This document shows positions 51,841-64,000 of a stretch of DNA of 64,000 nt, in pieces. The DNA comes from Octopus vulgaris (taxonomy: Eukaryota): NCBI GenBank assembly GCA_951406725.2, contig OX597831.1, forward strand, positions 25,978,001 through 26,042,000, in the 5' to 3' direction. The translations under genes were made by a program, and so were the position numbers. The notes beneath the pieces are model-generated. The model saw only the letters and a program-made list of their open reading frames with translations. It had not been told where the DNA came from and made no database searches. Position 1 is the stretch's first letter. Each line of letters opens with the position of its first letter.

Positions 51841-52232
51841 TCTCTCTATATATAAAGCTGAAGTTGTCTGTGTATGGCAGCTTTGGTAGCCTTCAACAAA
51901 CACTATCTCCTCCGAGACCCTGTGGTGCAAGTTGACCAAAATTGAGAGTATGATAGAAGAAGGCTTGTTCTTTGTTCAATAGAAGAAAAAGTTCAAATCG
52001 GACCGTGTTAACACCAAAAATTATTTACGTCAAAAAGGTGCTTTTTTTCTATGAAAATCCCTATTTTTTACGATTTTTTGACTGCTGTGTCGCCATTTTT
52101 CGGTGTATTTCAACCAGAAAAATGTTCACTTAAAGAGAATAACAAGCTACATAAGGCAAAATTTTTACTTTTCAAAAATTCCAATTCTAAAGGGTTGAAA
52201 CAAACCCGAGCAACGCCGGGCGATATTGCTAG
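51841..52232 (+). mobile_element. non-autonomous Helitron (family Ha ends)
   Basis: A|TC start, cccgagcaacgccggg hairpin, CTAG|T end. Confidence 0.85.
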
Positions 52233-52839
52233 TTAATTATATAACAGAGTCATAATTTTTCATATATTATATATCAAAATTACTTCTACATGGATCCTAT
52301 GATATGCTTTCTTTAACATGAATAAAATGAAATAGAATTAACTTATTTTTAATCATTATTTCTCTTACTGCAGTCCCATTATATAAGAAATAGTGTATAG
52401 GTAAAATTAGATGCTGGCACAATTCCAGATTACATGCTATTGATTTAAAGACTGATTTCACATTCATTTTATTATGAGAGAGAGAGAGAGATTATTAAAC
52501 TTATGACTGATTAAAAGGAGGAGGGGAAAACTAAAATATGTAGAGTATGTGTTTGCTTACAACATATTGACCTATGGAAGGGAAGACATGAATTCAATAA
52601 TGAATTTAGGAAGACACTCATTGATTACATCATATTTTTCTCCATTGAAAATAACTGAAAGTAATCAACTGTTCTCTTAAGATATCAAATTAATTTGTTT
52701 TTAATTTTTTTTTTTTTCCATCTTTATCCAGTACTGATGTTTAATCTATAACTTAATTTACACTTCTGGAAGTGTCTTTTTATTGATCCTAACATCAGCT
52801 ATGTTACACCATTATTTTTTGCACATCTTTTCTTTAAAA

Positions 52840-53341
52840 CCTATTTCTTTACTTACCCACAAGGAGCTAAACACAGAGAGGACAAACAAGGACAGACACA
52901 CGGATTATGTCGATTATATCGACCCCAGTGCGTAACTGGTACTTATTTAATCGAGGTGAGCTGGCAGAACAAGGAGGTGAGCTGGCAGAAACGTTAGCAC
53001 GCAGGGCGAAATGCTTAGCGATATTTCGTCTGCTGTTACGTACTGAGTTCAAATTCCGCCGAGGTCGACTTTGCCTTTCATCCTTTCGGGGTCGATAAAT
53101 TAAGTACCAGTTACGCACTGGGGTCGATGTAATCGACTTAATACCTTTGTCTGTCCTTGTTTGTCCCCTCTATGTTTAGCCACTTGTGGGTAGTAAAGAA
53201 ATAGGTACTTATTTAATCAACCCTGAAAGGATGAAAGGCAAAGTCGACCTCGGCGGAATTTGAACTCACAGCGTAGCAGCAGACGAAATACCGTTAAGCA
53301 TTTCTTCCGGTGCGCTAACGTTTCTGCCAGCTCGCCACCTT
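52840..53341. mobile_element. S4 SINE (+, ~52953-53203) inserted into another S4 SINE (-)
   Basis: 15-bp TSD ggtacttatttaatc at 52938 and 53204. Confidence 0.85.
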
Positions 53342-53714
53342 CTCATCTTTTCTTTAAAACCACCAACGGAACCACTTTGTGGTTTTCCAGCTTGCTAGAA
53401 ATAGCAACCGAATTCCCCTAATTCTCACTCCATCATCTTCAGAGGAAGGAAAACATTAGGTAATGTAACCATAACTATTGAGAATGATGGGATATTCATC
53501 AGTGGAATGCTCATCATTTCTAGGTCTATTCATCCACAATTGGACTGGGTGTAAACAACAGCTTCAACCCAATCTCTTGTCATTCAAATCTTAATCAATC
53601 TAAAAAGTTAATCAGTAAGAATCAGTGATGTTCAATAACCAAAACATAATCAACTTCCTATTCATACAACTCCCCCACTCCACACACATTGAACTGTGCC
53701 ACTTTTTACATTAC

Positions 53715-53917
53715 TCTCTTCTTCTTCTTCTTCTTCTTCTTCTTCTCCTTCTCCTTCTTCTTCTCCTTCTCCTCCTCCTCATCCTCCTCCTTCTTCTTCT
53801 TCTTCTTCTCCTTCTTCTTCTCCTTCTTCTTCTTCTTCTTCTTCTCCTCCTTCTTCTTCTTCTTCTTCTTCTCCTTCTCCTCCTCCCCCTCCTCCTCCTT
53901 CTTCTTCTTCTTCTTCT

Positions 53918-53950
<33 letters not shown>

Positions 53951-54266
53951 CCTTCTTCTTCTTCTTCTTCTTCTTCTTCTTCTCCTTCCTCTTCTTCTTC
54001 TCCTTCTTCTTCCTCGCCTTCTTCTCTTCCTTCTTCTTCTCCTTCTTCTTCCTCGCCTTCTTCTCTTCCTTCTTCTTCTCCTCCTCCTCCTCCTCCTCCT
54101 TCTTCTTCTCTTCCTACCCCTCCTCCTCCTCCTCCTCCTTCTCTTCCTCCTCCTTCTCCTCCTCCTCCTCCTCCTTCTTCTTCTTTCTTCTTCTTCTTCT
54201 TCTCCTTCTCCTCCACCTTCTCCTCCTCCTCCTCCTCCTCCTCCTTCTTCTTCTTCTTCTTTCTCC
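53715..54266. repeat. ~550-bp (CTT)n/(CCT)n polypyrimidine tract
   Basis: Almost entirely C/T on the + strand. Confidence 0.95.
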
Positions 54267-54926
54267 ACTTAACCTCTTTTGAACATAACATGTGTGTTCT
54301 TTGTTTTTTCCTTCTTCTTCTTCTTTCCCAACTCATGCATGAATGCAAAATATTTTCATTTCTATCAGCATTGATTGCTTGTATTTATTCAGTGACAGGT
54401 TATAAACACTAAATTGTTGCGCAGTGTTATTTTTAACAATCAATCTTACATCAGGATCTTATAAAGTGCACGTGAGCTCCTCCTGCTCCAAAAATCCTTC
54501 ACTTATCAATAATCTAACTGTTATATATTGACATTGGCAGCTGTCTCTGTTTTCTTCCAGAAAGGAACTGACTCGGCACTTTTTTTTCTTTGATAGAAAA
54601 AGCTTTGCGTAAATTGAATTTAGATAGAATCATTAAAATAACTTGGGCAGAATATTTTCACTACTCACTGTTTACACCTCAGAAACTATTACAAGAAATA
54701 ATCATTAGCATGCTGAGCAAACTGCTTAGTAACATTTCATCTGTCTTTAAGTTTTGAGTTCAAATTCTGCCGAGGTAGAACTTTGTCCTTCATTCTTTGG
54801 CAGGGGTCAATAAAATAGTTACCAGTTGAGCACTGGGATCGATGTTATTCGCTTACCCACCTCCTCTGAAATTGCAAGCCTTGTGCAAAAGTATATTATT
54901 CCCACCTGACTATATATATAGGTGTG

Positions 54927-55320
54927 AAGGTGCAATGGCACAGTGGTTAGGGCAGTGGACTCGCGATCGTAGGATCATGGTTGTAGGATCGCGGTTACGA
55001 TTCCCAGACCAGGCGTTGTGAGTGTTTATTGAGCGTAAATACCTAAAGTTCCATGAGGCTCTGGCAGGGGATGGTGGTGGACCCTACTGTAGTCTTGCAC
55101 CACAACTTTCTCTCACTCTTTCTTCCTGTTTCTGTTGTACCTGTATTTCAAAGGGCCAGCCTTGTCACACACTGTGTCATGCTGAATCTCGCCCAAGAAC
55201 TACGTTAAGGGTACACGTGTCTGTAGAGTGCTCAGTCACTTACATGTTAATTTCATGAGCAGACTGTTCCATTGATTGGATCAACTGGAACCCTCGTCGT
55301 CGTAACCGACGGAGTGCCAC
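54927..55320 (+). mobile_element. SINE S2 (H2 head + Ta tail)
   Basis: Flanking repeat atatatataggt; short duplication in the head. Confidence 0.85.
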
Positions 55321-56307
55321 AATATATATAGGTAAATAGGTGACATGAGAAGTTAGAGTTCATTGTTAAAAGCAGTGTGAAGCTGTATAACTGACATATG
55401 CTTAATATGAGCTTAACTGTAGTTGAACTAATATTAAGCACATGTCAGCTTGTAATAGGATGGTAAAGCTTGTAGTAGGCCAGTACTCCAGCTGAAGAAA
55501 AAGATGATTTTCTGTGACTTATCACATTGAAAATCAAGTAAATTTACCATGTCTGTGATGCAATGAAAACTAACACACATGCACAATGTACATGTGCAGT
55601 TGTTGCAGTCTTATGTGAAAGATAGATACAGAGTATGTATGCATTGTTTAGAAGTTCAATTCCCAACTACATGGCTCCTGGTTCACTGTGGATAATTCAG
55701 TAAGTGCCTTCACCGTGGATAATTCAGTAAGTGCCTTCAGCCAGTGTTTTAACCTTATGGTGACCAATACCTGGCAAGTAGAATTGGTAGATGGAATTAG
55801 ATGGTACACACACACACACACACAAATATATGTGTGTGTGTGTTTGTATAATAGTCTGAATTTTAGTATAAATTTTATTATCTTAAATTAACATAATGAA
55901 CTTGTTTTAGCATATTAAAATATCTGATAATTAACATTACATTTTAAATAATTAATATGATATTCACAATATACATTAGCCCTGCATGATGGCATATTGC
56001 CACCAGAAGTAGATGTCCTCATTGACTTGCTGTTGCCAGCTTCAAATCTATGGAGATGAATCTGTGCAGATTTTTTTCTATACCTCATTTGAATGTAAAA
56101 GAAAAACACACTAATTGTACAAACTTACTTAATGTGCATATGTACATATCAGTGGATGGTCATAGGCTCCTCACAAGTTCTTGTACCCTTTAGCAGGTTT
56201 TGTTGTTTATCCTGAAAGGGAGGTCGTCAATTTAGCCACCAAAGACCAGACCAGGTTCTTTTGGGTTACATGTTGCCAGTAGCACTTTCAAGTTACATGG
56301 CATATTC

Positions 56308-56349
<42 letters not shown>

Positions 56350-56352
56350 CTA

Positions 56353-56387
<35 letters not shown>

Positions 56388-56390
<3 letters not shown>

Positions 56391-56708
56391 CACATAAAAA
56401 ACACCATCCAAGCGTGACCGTTTGCCAGCCTCGTCTGGCACCTGTGTCGGTGGCACATAAAAAACACCATCCGAGCGTGGCCGTTCGCCAGCCTCATCTG
56501 GCACCTGTGTCGGTGGCACATAAAAAGCACCCACTACACTCACGGAGTGGTTGGCGTTAGGAAGGGCATCCAGCTGTAGAAACACTGCCAGATCTGACTG
56601 GCCTGGTGCAACCTTCAGGCTTCCCAGACCCCAGTTGAACTGTCCAACCCATGCTAGCATGGAAAGCGGATGTTAAACGATGATGATGATGATGATGATG
56701 ATGATGAT
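56388..56708 (+). mobile_element. SINE-like family S3
   Basis: Close reverse complement of 15752-16070; (GAT)n tail. Confidence 0.85.
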
Positions 56709-56736
56709 ATATAAATACGTATGTGTGTGCATGCAA

Positions 56737-57163
56737 GAAGGCACATGGCTTAGTGGTTAGAGTGTCAGGATTATAACCATGAGGTAGTGAGTTTGATTCC
56801 CAGACCAGGATGTGTGTTGTGCTCTTAGGCAAGATACTTTATTTTTCATGTTGCTTCACAGTCCACTCAGCAGTAGAAATGAGTTGCAATGTCACTGGTG
56901 CCAAGCTGTATCTGCTCCTTTGCCTTTCGCCTGGATAACATCAATGGCATGGTGAGGGGAGAGGCTGGTACATATGGCCAACTGCTGGTCTTGCACAAAC
57001 AATCTTGCTCGGACTTGTGCTTCCGAGAGGAACTTTTGTATGTGCAATCCCATGATAATTTATGACCAAAGAGGCAAGTGTCTTTTACTATTACCTCGGG
57101 CCAACCAAAGTCTTGTGAGTGGATTTGGTAGAAGGAAACTGAAAGAAGACTGTCGTATATATG

Positions 57164-57196
<33 letters not shown>

Positions 57197-57404
57197 ATAT
57201 ATTTTTCTGTCTGTGTTTGTCCCTCCAACATCGGCTTGACAACCGATACTGGTGTATTTACGTCCCCGTAACTTAGTGATAGAATAAGTACTAGGCTTAC
57301 AAAGAATAAGTCGTGGGGTAGATTTTCTCGACTAAAGGCAGTGCTCCAGCATGGCCACAGTCAAATGACTGAAACAAGTAAATGAGTAAAAGAGTAAAGA
57401 GAGT
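56737..57404 (+). mobile_element. H3/Tc SINE followed by a 5'-truncated S1 (from ~57072)
   Basis: Homology to 39368 and to S1. Confidence 0.75.
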
Positions 57405-57530
57405 ATATACTTTATCATTGGTTTCATTAATTTCTTTTTTATCATATGTTGTCCATTTTTTGTCATCTGTTCTAGCTGCATAAATGCCTGAAACTTACTA
57501 ACTTGGATCCCTGGATTGAACTTAACTATT

Positions 57531-57579
<49 letters not shown>

Positions 57580-58585
57580 AATAATAATAATTATAATAAT
57601 ATTAGGGAATATTATTCCAAACTTGCAGGGAAAAATTCAATTTAGAAATACTAAATCAAATTTCACAAAATATAAGATATATATATATATAGATTAGAAA
57701 AAATATATACCAAATATATACATTTTATTTATTATTTTGCACATTACTTAAGCATTGGTATACGTTTTTATCTGATATTTAATTTTTTCTATAGGATGTA
57801 GTTTTTTCTATATGGTATAATTTAATTTTTTGATTTATATATATATACATATATATATAGTAAAAGACAATACGTAAAAAGCACAGTTATCAACGGCAAG
57901 TATATTTACAGTTAAGTCCAGTTTAAATATTAACCAAATTACATTCTCAGAAAATGTGTGTATGCTTGTGGTGCATGTGATTGCATTTTGTGAAGGGGTT
58001 AACATGATCAGTAACATCTTTCTGTGTGTGTTTAATTTCATTCAACCTAATGATGTTAGAACACAGGTAATTAACAAGATCAAATAAACGAGAAAGAGAA
58101 TTTTTCCTTGTACGTCTTACAACAGTTCTTAGATTCGGTGAACTAAATCTCATTTGGCAGCATTGTGTTTAGCAAGACTGATAACTCATAGAAACGTTGC
58201 ACAAGTTTTGTGATTATACTTTTTATATAGATTTATTTATGGAGATTAATGTCTGTGAGATCATCTGTTTCTCTTGGAATGTTAGATAAAACACCATAAA
58301 ACCAACACTGCCAATAGATACTCCATTTATTGCTAGTAAAACCATCAAAGAAGACAGGCCTCTAATATATGCATCATATGTGTTTTCCTTGATAATTGAT
58401 TGTCTTTTCAGTAGTAACAGAGCATTTTTTTTTTATTATTTGTACTATTCTGCATAACTAGGTAATTCCATTCAAATACTGCTTTATTGTTTATGGGAAA
58501 TTCCTTCACATTACACACACACACACACACACACGCATGCATATATACATACATATAGATGCTTTGTACATCTGTGTGTATAATA

Positions 58586-58933
58586 AATAATAATAATGAA
58601 ATTATTGTATACAGTGCTCAGGTGCACCACAACTTGTCAGACAGTGCATATAAAGCACATGCAGTAGTGTACAAATGTCTGGAAAGCGAACAATGCATGA
58701 GTCAGGTACATGCTTGCGTGTGTATGGAGGTGAGAAAATCAGGTGTAGTGTTGGCGAATCTCAGGAAGCATGGAAGTTTTGAAGGATGCAGTGCTCCGAC
58801 AACTAACAACTGATGCAGGGAGTTTGTTCCATGCTTCAGCAAATCTCAGCGTGAAAAAATGTTTCCTAAAGTCATGGGAGCTGTGCTGGTTTCTGACTTT
58901 GTAAATATGTCCACGGGTGTTAGATGGGTGGAG
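58586..58933 (-). mobile_element. 3' end of a CR1-group LINE with (ATT)n tail
   Basis: LHPSNTRGHIYKV..RKHFFTLRFAEAWNKLPASVVSCRSTASFK..HYT* (stop at 58739-58741) matches TRGH..K / R..FF..R....WN.LP..VV / FK. Confidence 0.85.
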
Positions 58934-59290
58934 TCTGTATATGTGTTATACATATATATTAGAAAAAAATTTGAGCCTATATATATATATATAAATAAAA
59001 AGGACCACTCTGCTAGTTATGACAAGGGTCCCAGCTGAAACCGTCAATGGAATAGCTTGTGTGTGAAATTAACGTGCAAGTGGCTGAGCACTCCACAGAC
59101 ACACGAACCCTTAATGTAGTCCTGAGGGAGATTCAGCATGATGCAGAGTGTGACATGGCCGGCCATTTGAAATAGAGGTACTACTCATTTTTGCCAGCAG
59201 AGCAGACTGGAGCAACAGGAAATAAAGAGTCTTGCTCAAGGACATAATGCATTGCTGGAAATTGAACTCATGATCTTACAATCATGAGCC

Positions 59291-59663
59291 ATATAAAATT
59301 CATTCTATCTGTCTGTGTGTGTGTGTGTGTGTGTGTGGCTTCTAGGATCTTGGGCATCCTCCATCTGATTGTGCTCAAATTTGATATGTAGATACCGACG
59401 GTATCAGGGCATGTATAAGTCTTGAAAAAATTACAAAAATCGATTCCAGGTGAGAATGCAATTGATAAAGCCATGGGAAATCGTTTTTCTTTGGAATAGA
59501 AAAAAAATCTATCTTTATTTCATCTTTTGCTAGTGTCTCAAATTTAGGTTAAATCAGTGTTTCTCAAAGGGGAGGCCTATGGGATGGTCGGGCAAGTTTT
59601 GAGAAAATTTGGTTTAAATATTTGACGACTCAGCACTGTCCATTGGACAGGGGTGTTTTGCTC

Positions 59664-59664
<1 letters not shown>
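59291..59664 (+). mobile_element. non-autonomous Helitron-like element (family Hb)
   Basis: Reverse-complement homolog of 10091-10470; hairpin ctgtcca-t-tggacag, then a CTCG end. Confidence 0.7.
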
Positions 59665-59758
<94 letters not shown>

Positions 59759-60363
59759 GTCACTAAAAGTGCTCTCACATGACTAAGAGCTGTTCTGACT
59801 CTTACTTCTAGCAATGCTGGTGCTGATTAGTACACACCCACCATCACTATAGTGACAGCTATACTTGTTGCCTTTCAGTTCAAAATTGCACAGCCACCTT
59901 AATAATTTACACACACACACACACACACAGAGATTTAGACAGACAAACTTACTCGTTTATTGCCTCTGCTGTATTTTCTTTTAGAACTTGGTATTTTTCA
60001 CCATAGTGGATAGTAGTTGCAGAGGTGATAAGGTTAGCAGGTATGAAGTGCTATAATGAAAGATGTTTCCTCGTTTCTGTGTGGCTGTGTGTGTTTCCTT
60101 CTTTATGAATAAAAGCTGTGTTTGAAATGTCATGTAGCATTGTACAGGAGGGCGAGATAATACTAAAATATCCCACCTTACATTATATTACCAGTGGAAA
60201 TAGTTTTATGTCTTAACATAAATAACTAACGATAAACGAACAAAGTAACAAATTGCAATTACTTGTGCAAATATTTCAGCACCCATTAGGTCTATTACGG
60301 TATTTCACTTGTACAGTTTTCTTGTTTGCAATTTTGTTATATTTTGCGTATTGCATACAGAAA

Positions 60364-60753
60364 GGAGGCGCAATGGCCCAGTGGTTAGGGTAGCGGACTC
60401 GCGGTCATAGGATCGCGGTTTCAATTCCAAGACCGGGCGTTGTGAATGTTTATTGAGCGAAAACACCTAAAAGCTGCACGAGGCTCCGGCAGAGGATGGT
60501 GGTGATCCCTGCTGTACTCTTTCACCACAACTTTCTCTCACTCTTACTTCCTGTTTCTGTTGTACCTGTATTTCAAGGAACCGGCCTTGTCACTCTCTGT
60601 GTCACGCTGAATATCCCCGAGAACTACGTTAAGGGTGCACGTGTCTGTGGAGTGCTCAGCCACTTACACGTTAATTCCATGAGCAGGCTGTTCCATTGAT
60701 TCGGATCAGCCGGAACCCTCATCGTCGTAACCGACGGAGTGCTTCCATCCATC
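60364..60753 (+). mobile_element. SINE S2 (H2 head + Ta tail)
   Basis: 10-bp TSD catacagaaa at 60354 and 60754. Confidence 0.9.
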
Positions 60754-61034
60754 CATACAGAAAAATAATCTACTTTTATTTTAACACAATTTTAAACTAA
60801 TTTAAACTATTTTAATTTTTCCTCCAAAAGATCAGTAGTTTTATAATATTTTTCTGCTTTTGCTGTTTCTGTTCTAAAATCGTTGATGCTGCTTAAACAT
60901 TTTCAGTTTTTGCATCTCATCTCTTTTTATCTCATTCGTGTCTTTTTCCCGAGTGATTTGATATTGATTTCTTACACGGATATGATACGTTGGACATAAC
61001 GGGATGTAGAGAGATGGGAGTGAGAATGAGTGAT

Positions 61035-61439
61035 ACTCTCTTTACTCTCTTTTACTTGTTTCAGTCATTTGACTGTGGCCATGCTGGAGCACCACCTTTA
61101 GTCGAGCAAATCGACCCTGGGACTTATTCATTGTAAGCCCAGTACTTATTCTATCGGTCTCTTTTGCCGAACCGCTAAGTGACGGGGACGTAAACACACC
61201 AGCATCAGTTGTCAAGCAATGCTAGGGGGACAAACACACACACACATACACACATATACATATATATATATATATACGACGGGCTTCTTTCAGTTTCCGT
61301 CTACCAAATCCACTCACAAGGCATTGGTCGGCCCGGGGCTATAGCAGAAGACACTTGCCCAAGATGCCACGCAGTGGGACTGAACCCGGAACCATGTGGT
61401 TGGTTAGCAAGCTACTTACCACACAGCCACTCCTGCGCC
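61035..61439 (-). mobile_element. SINE family S1
   Basis: Full-length homology. Confidence 0.9.
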
Positions 61440-63357
61440 TGATGTTCATCTCTTTAAATGATGTGAGTGAAATATCACGGCCACAGATGCAAATCAAATC
61501 TGCTCATACAATCAGCTTTCAAGGTGTTTACCTTTGCTCTTCAGGTATTCTAATATTGATTGCATACAAAAGCATAGGATTCTTAGATTTATAAGGAAAG
61601 GCAAAATAGAATGCTGTGATCTTCTTGCTTCAGCTAAATGAAATGAAATATAATCAGATTGCTACCAGACATCACACCTTTTATAGCAATGATTTCTTTT
61701 GACAAGACCTAAAGTCATTTTTCTCAAGAGAGATGTATAGTCAATTGAATTACTGGTACTTGTTTTATAGGTCTAGTAGAATAAAACACAAATTCAATTA
61801 TGGCAGGGTTTAATCATAAGTCATAGAACAGAGAACTTATTCATTTCTTCTCATATTTCATAATTTCTTTCAAGTGATATTGATTTTGTTTATATTTTCA
61901 CCTAACATCTATCTTTATATATGAAGGTGTCCATCAGTCAGGGATTACCGTGATTTGCACAGTAAAGTACCTCTCCAGAGTGGATATATCAAGAGAAGTG
62001 GATTAGTGGAACAGTTAGAGAGGAGAGGCCATATATAGTGTGGCATCTGTTCCAGTTCTTTGTGTTGTTACAGTAATGCCTGTGATGACGCTGATGCCAG
62101 GCTGTATTTTACCGAGTTGACAGACTTTCCCTTGAATAAACATCAGTGGCATAGAGCGAGGTGACTTGCATGAAGGGACAACTTCTGGTTTTACTCCAAA
62201 TCATCTTGCCTCTGAAGTGGTAAGAAACTCTCAAGAGAACTGAACAACAGGTCTTCAGAGACTAAACCCCACTCAGGCAAGTGGTTTTGGCCCTTCTTAC
62301 ACCCTAAGGGGGCCAAGCCACATCCAGGTCATAACAGATGTATGGTCAGCCTTGACTGATGGAGGCCCCTATATGTATTTCCACTAAATATCCTTAAATA
62401 TTTCACCAATAAATATGTTTGTACTTTGCTTCTTCTTCTTCATTTTTCTCATTTTCATTCTGAAACATTTCTTCTCTACTTCTTTTTCCCTTATACTTCT
62501 TCCTGCTTATTCTTCTTCCATTTTCCTTTCCTTTTTTTATCTTCTTTCTCCAATATAATGCAAAAGAGTCACCTGCAATGTGTATTTACAATGTATCATT
62601 GTAAATGCAAGCAGGCTGCATCTTAAGTCACCAAAGTTTCCAAAGACTCTATTCTCTCTCAAAAAGACATTTCTATCATCTTCTCCTAAGTCTTCTAAAA
62701 TAAATAACATTAACATCTGATCCAGTTAATCAATGACTGGTTGAAAAGCTGCAAAGCTTTGTATTGCTATCCTATTAGTGATACTTCATATACTTGTCAC
62801 CTGAGACCACAGGTAACCTTCCAATCCATTTTATCAATACAGACCTTATAATTGCATGCTAGTTTACTGCATGAAACACATTCGTCTTTGTTAATACTCA
62901 TTTTATACTTACCTTATTTCAATTTCCATCGGGAAATAGTTCTAAGCTGCTGCAGTATTTCAATAACCATTTTTCTTCATTACTTTTCTTTCTTTTTTTG
63001 GCCTGTTTTGGATAAATCTTCAATATCACCTCTTCCCATATATCCGTTTACTATCTCATTTATACTTGTGAGGCTGAACATTCTCAGCAACTGCTTCGAT
63101 TTATTCAGAATATTTTAAGACAATAGCAGTGTATCTGAAGAAGATTTGGCAGCAATTTCTCGCAGATAAAGCAACAATCATATAAAGATACCTTGAAATA
63201 AAGTCATACACATACAACATCGCACTCACATCCTTTCATCATTCTCCCACTTCTGCTGCACAGTTATTCCAACTCTATGTATGTTACCAAAAAACTTTGT
63301 TCCACAACAACTGGCTTAATCCTTTAGTATTCAAATTATTCTGACAAATTTAATGTT

Positions 63358-63768
63358 TACTCTTTTACTCTTTTACTTTGTTTCAGTCATTTGACTGCGG
63401 CCATGCTGGAGTACCGTCTTTAGTCGAGCAAATCGACCCCGGGACTTATTCTTTGTAAGCCCAGTACTTATTCTATTGATCTCTTTGGCTGAACCGCTAA
63501 GTGACGGGGACGTAAACCCACCAGCATTGGTTGTCAAGCAATGCTAGGGGGACAAACACAGACACACAAACACACATACATATATATATATATACATATA
63601 TACATATATACGACAGGCTTCTTTCAGTTTCCGTCTACCAAATCCACTCACAAGGCATTGGTTGGCCCGGGGCTATAGCAGTAGACACTTGCCCAAGATG
63701 CCACGCAGTGGAACTGAACCCGGAACCATGTGGTTGGTTAGCAAGCTACTTACCACACAGCCACTCCT
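63358..63768 (-). mobile_element. SINE family S1
   Basis: Near full-length homology. Confidence 0.9.
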
Positions 63769-64000
63769 GATGCATTATTTTGTAGTTGAGAGCTGTCAAT
63801 GGTGTACTTGCTTAGTTTTAGAATGGCACTTTGGGGATGAGGCGAGAGGCCAGATTTGGCCAGTTTCAATATGGAATAGGTTAAATATTTTGGCCAGATA
63901 TGGCTGATTTGAATGCTAATGGTTTACAGTGACACCTATGAAATCCATTGCCTCCTTTCTTACTCTCACACTGAAAAGCATAAACATACAACACAGAAGA

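Noticed and set aside
53625-54412. Long poly-L/F/S/P/R/E ORFs
   Set aside because: Translations of the (CTT/CCT)n tract

Overview
AT-rich, repeat-dense eukaryotic DNA. The (TA)n/(CA)n microsatellites and tRNA-derived SINEs look like octopus/coleoid cephalopod DNA (inference, not database-checked). I could not support any host protein-coding exon; the ORF track is mostly microsatellite or repeat read-through. The window holds at least four SINE families, piggyBac-, hAT- and mariner-type MITEs, non-autonomous Helitrons, and decayed CRE, R4/Dong, CR1 and pogo fragments. Two signals stand out. (1) About nine type-I hammerhead ribozyme (HHR) motifs sit in small Penelope/retrozyme-like inserts, mostly in (TA)n tracts. 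They include an intact HHR inside a perfect 63-bp palindrome, and a family where the HHR is followed 80-110 nt later by a conserved ORF start (MT.P..N.ICF.T..HIKNLA..I), twice arranged head-to-head, once as a 427-bp inverted repeat. (2) A candidate recursive splice site (pyrimidine tract-TTTCAG|GTGAGT with a ~127-nt AG-free zone) at 38676/38677 suggests the window lies in a very long + strand intron. Coordinates were read by eye and element ends may be off by a few bases.
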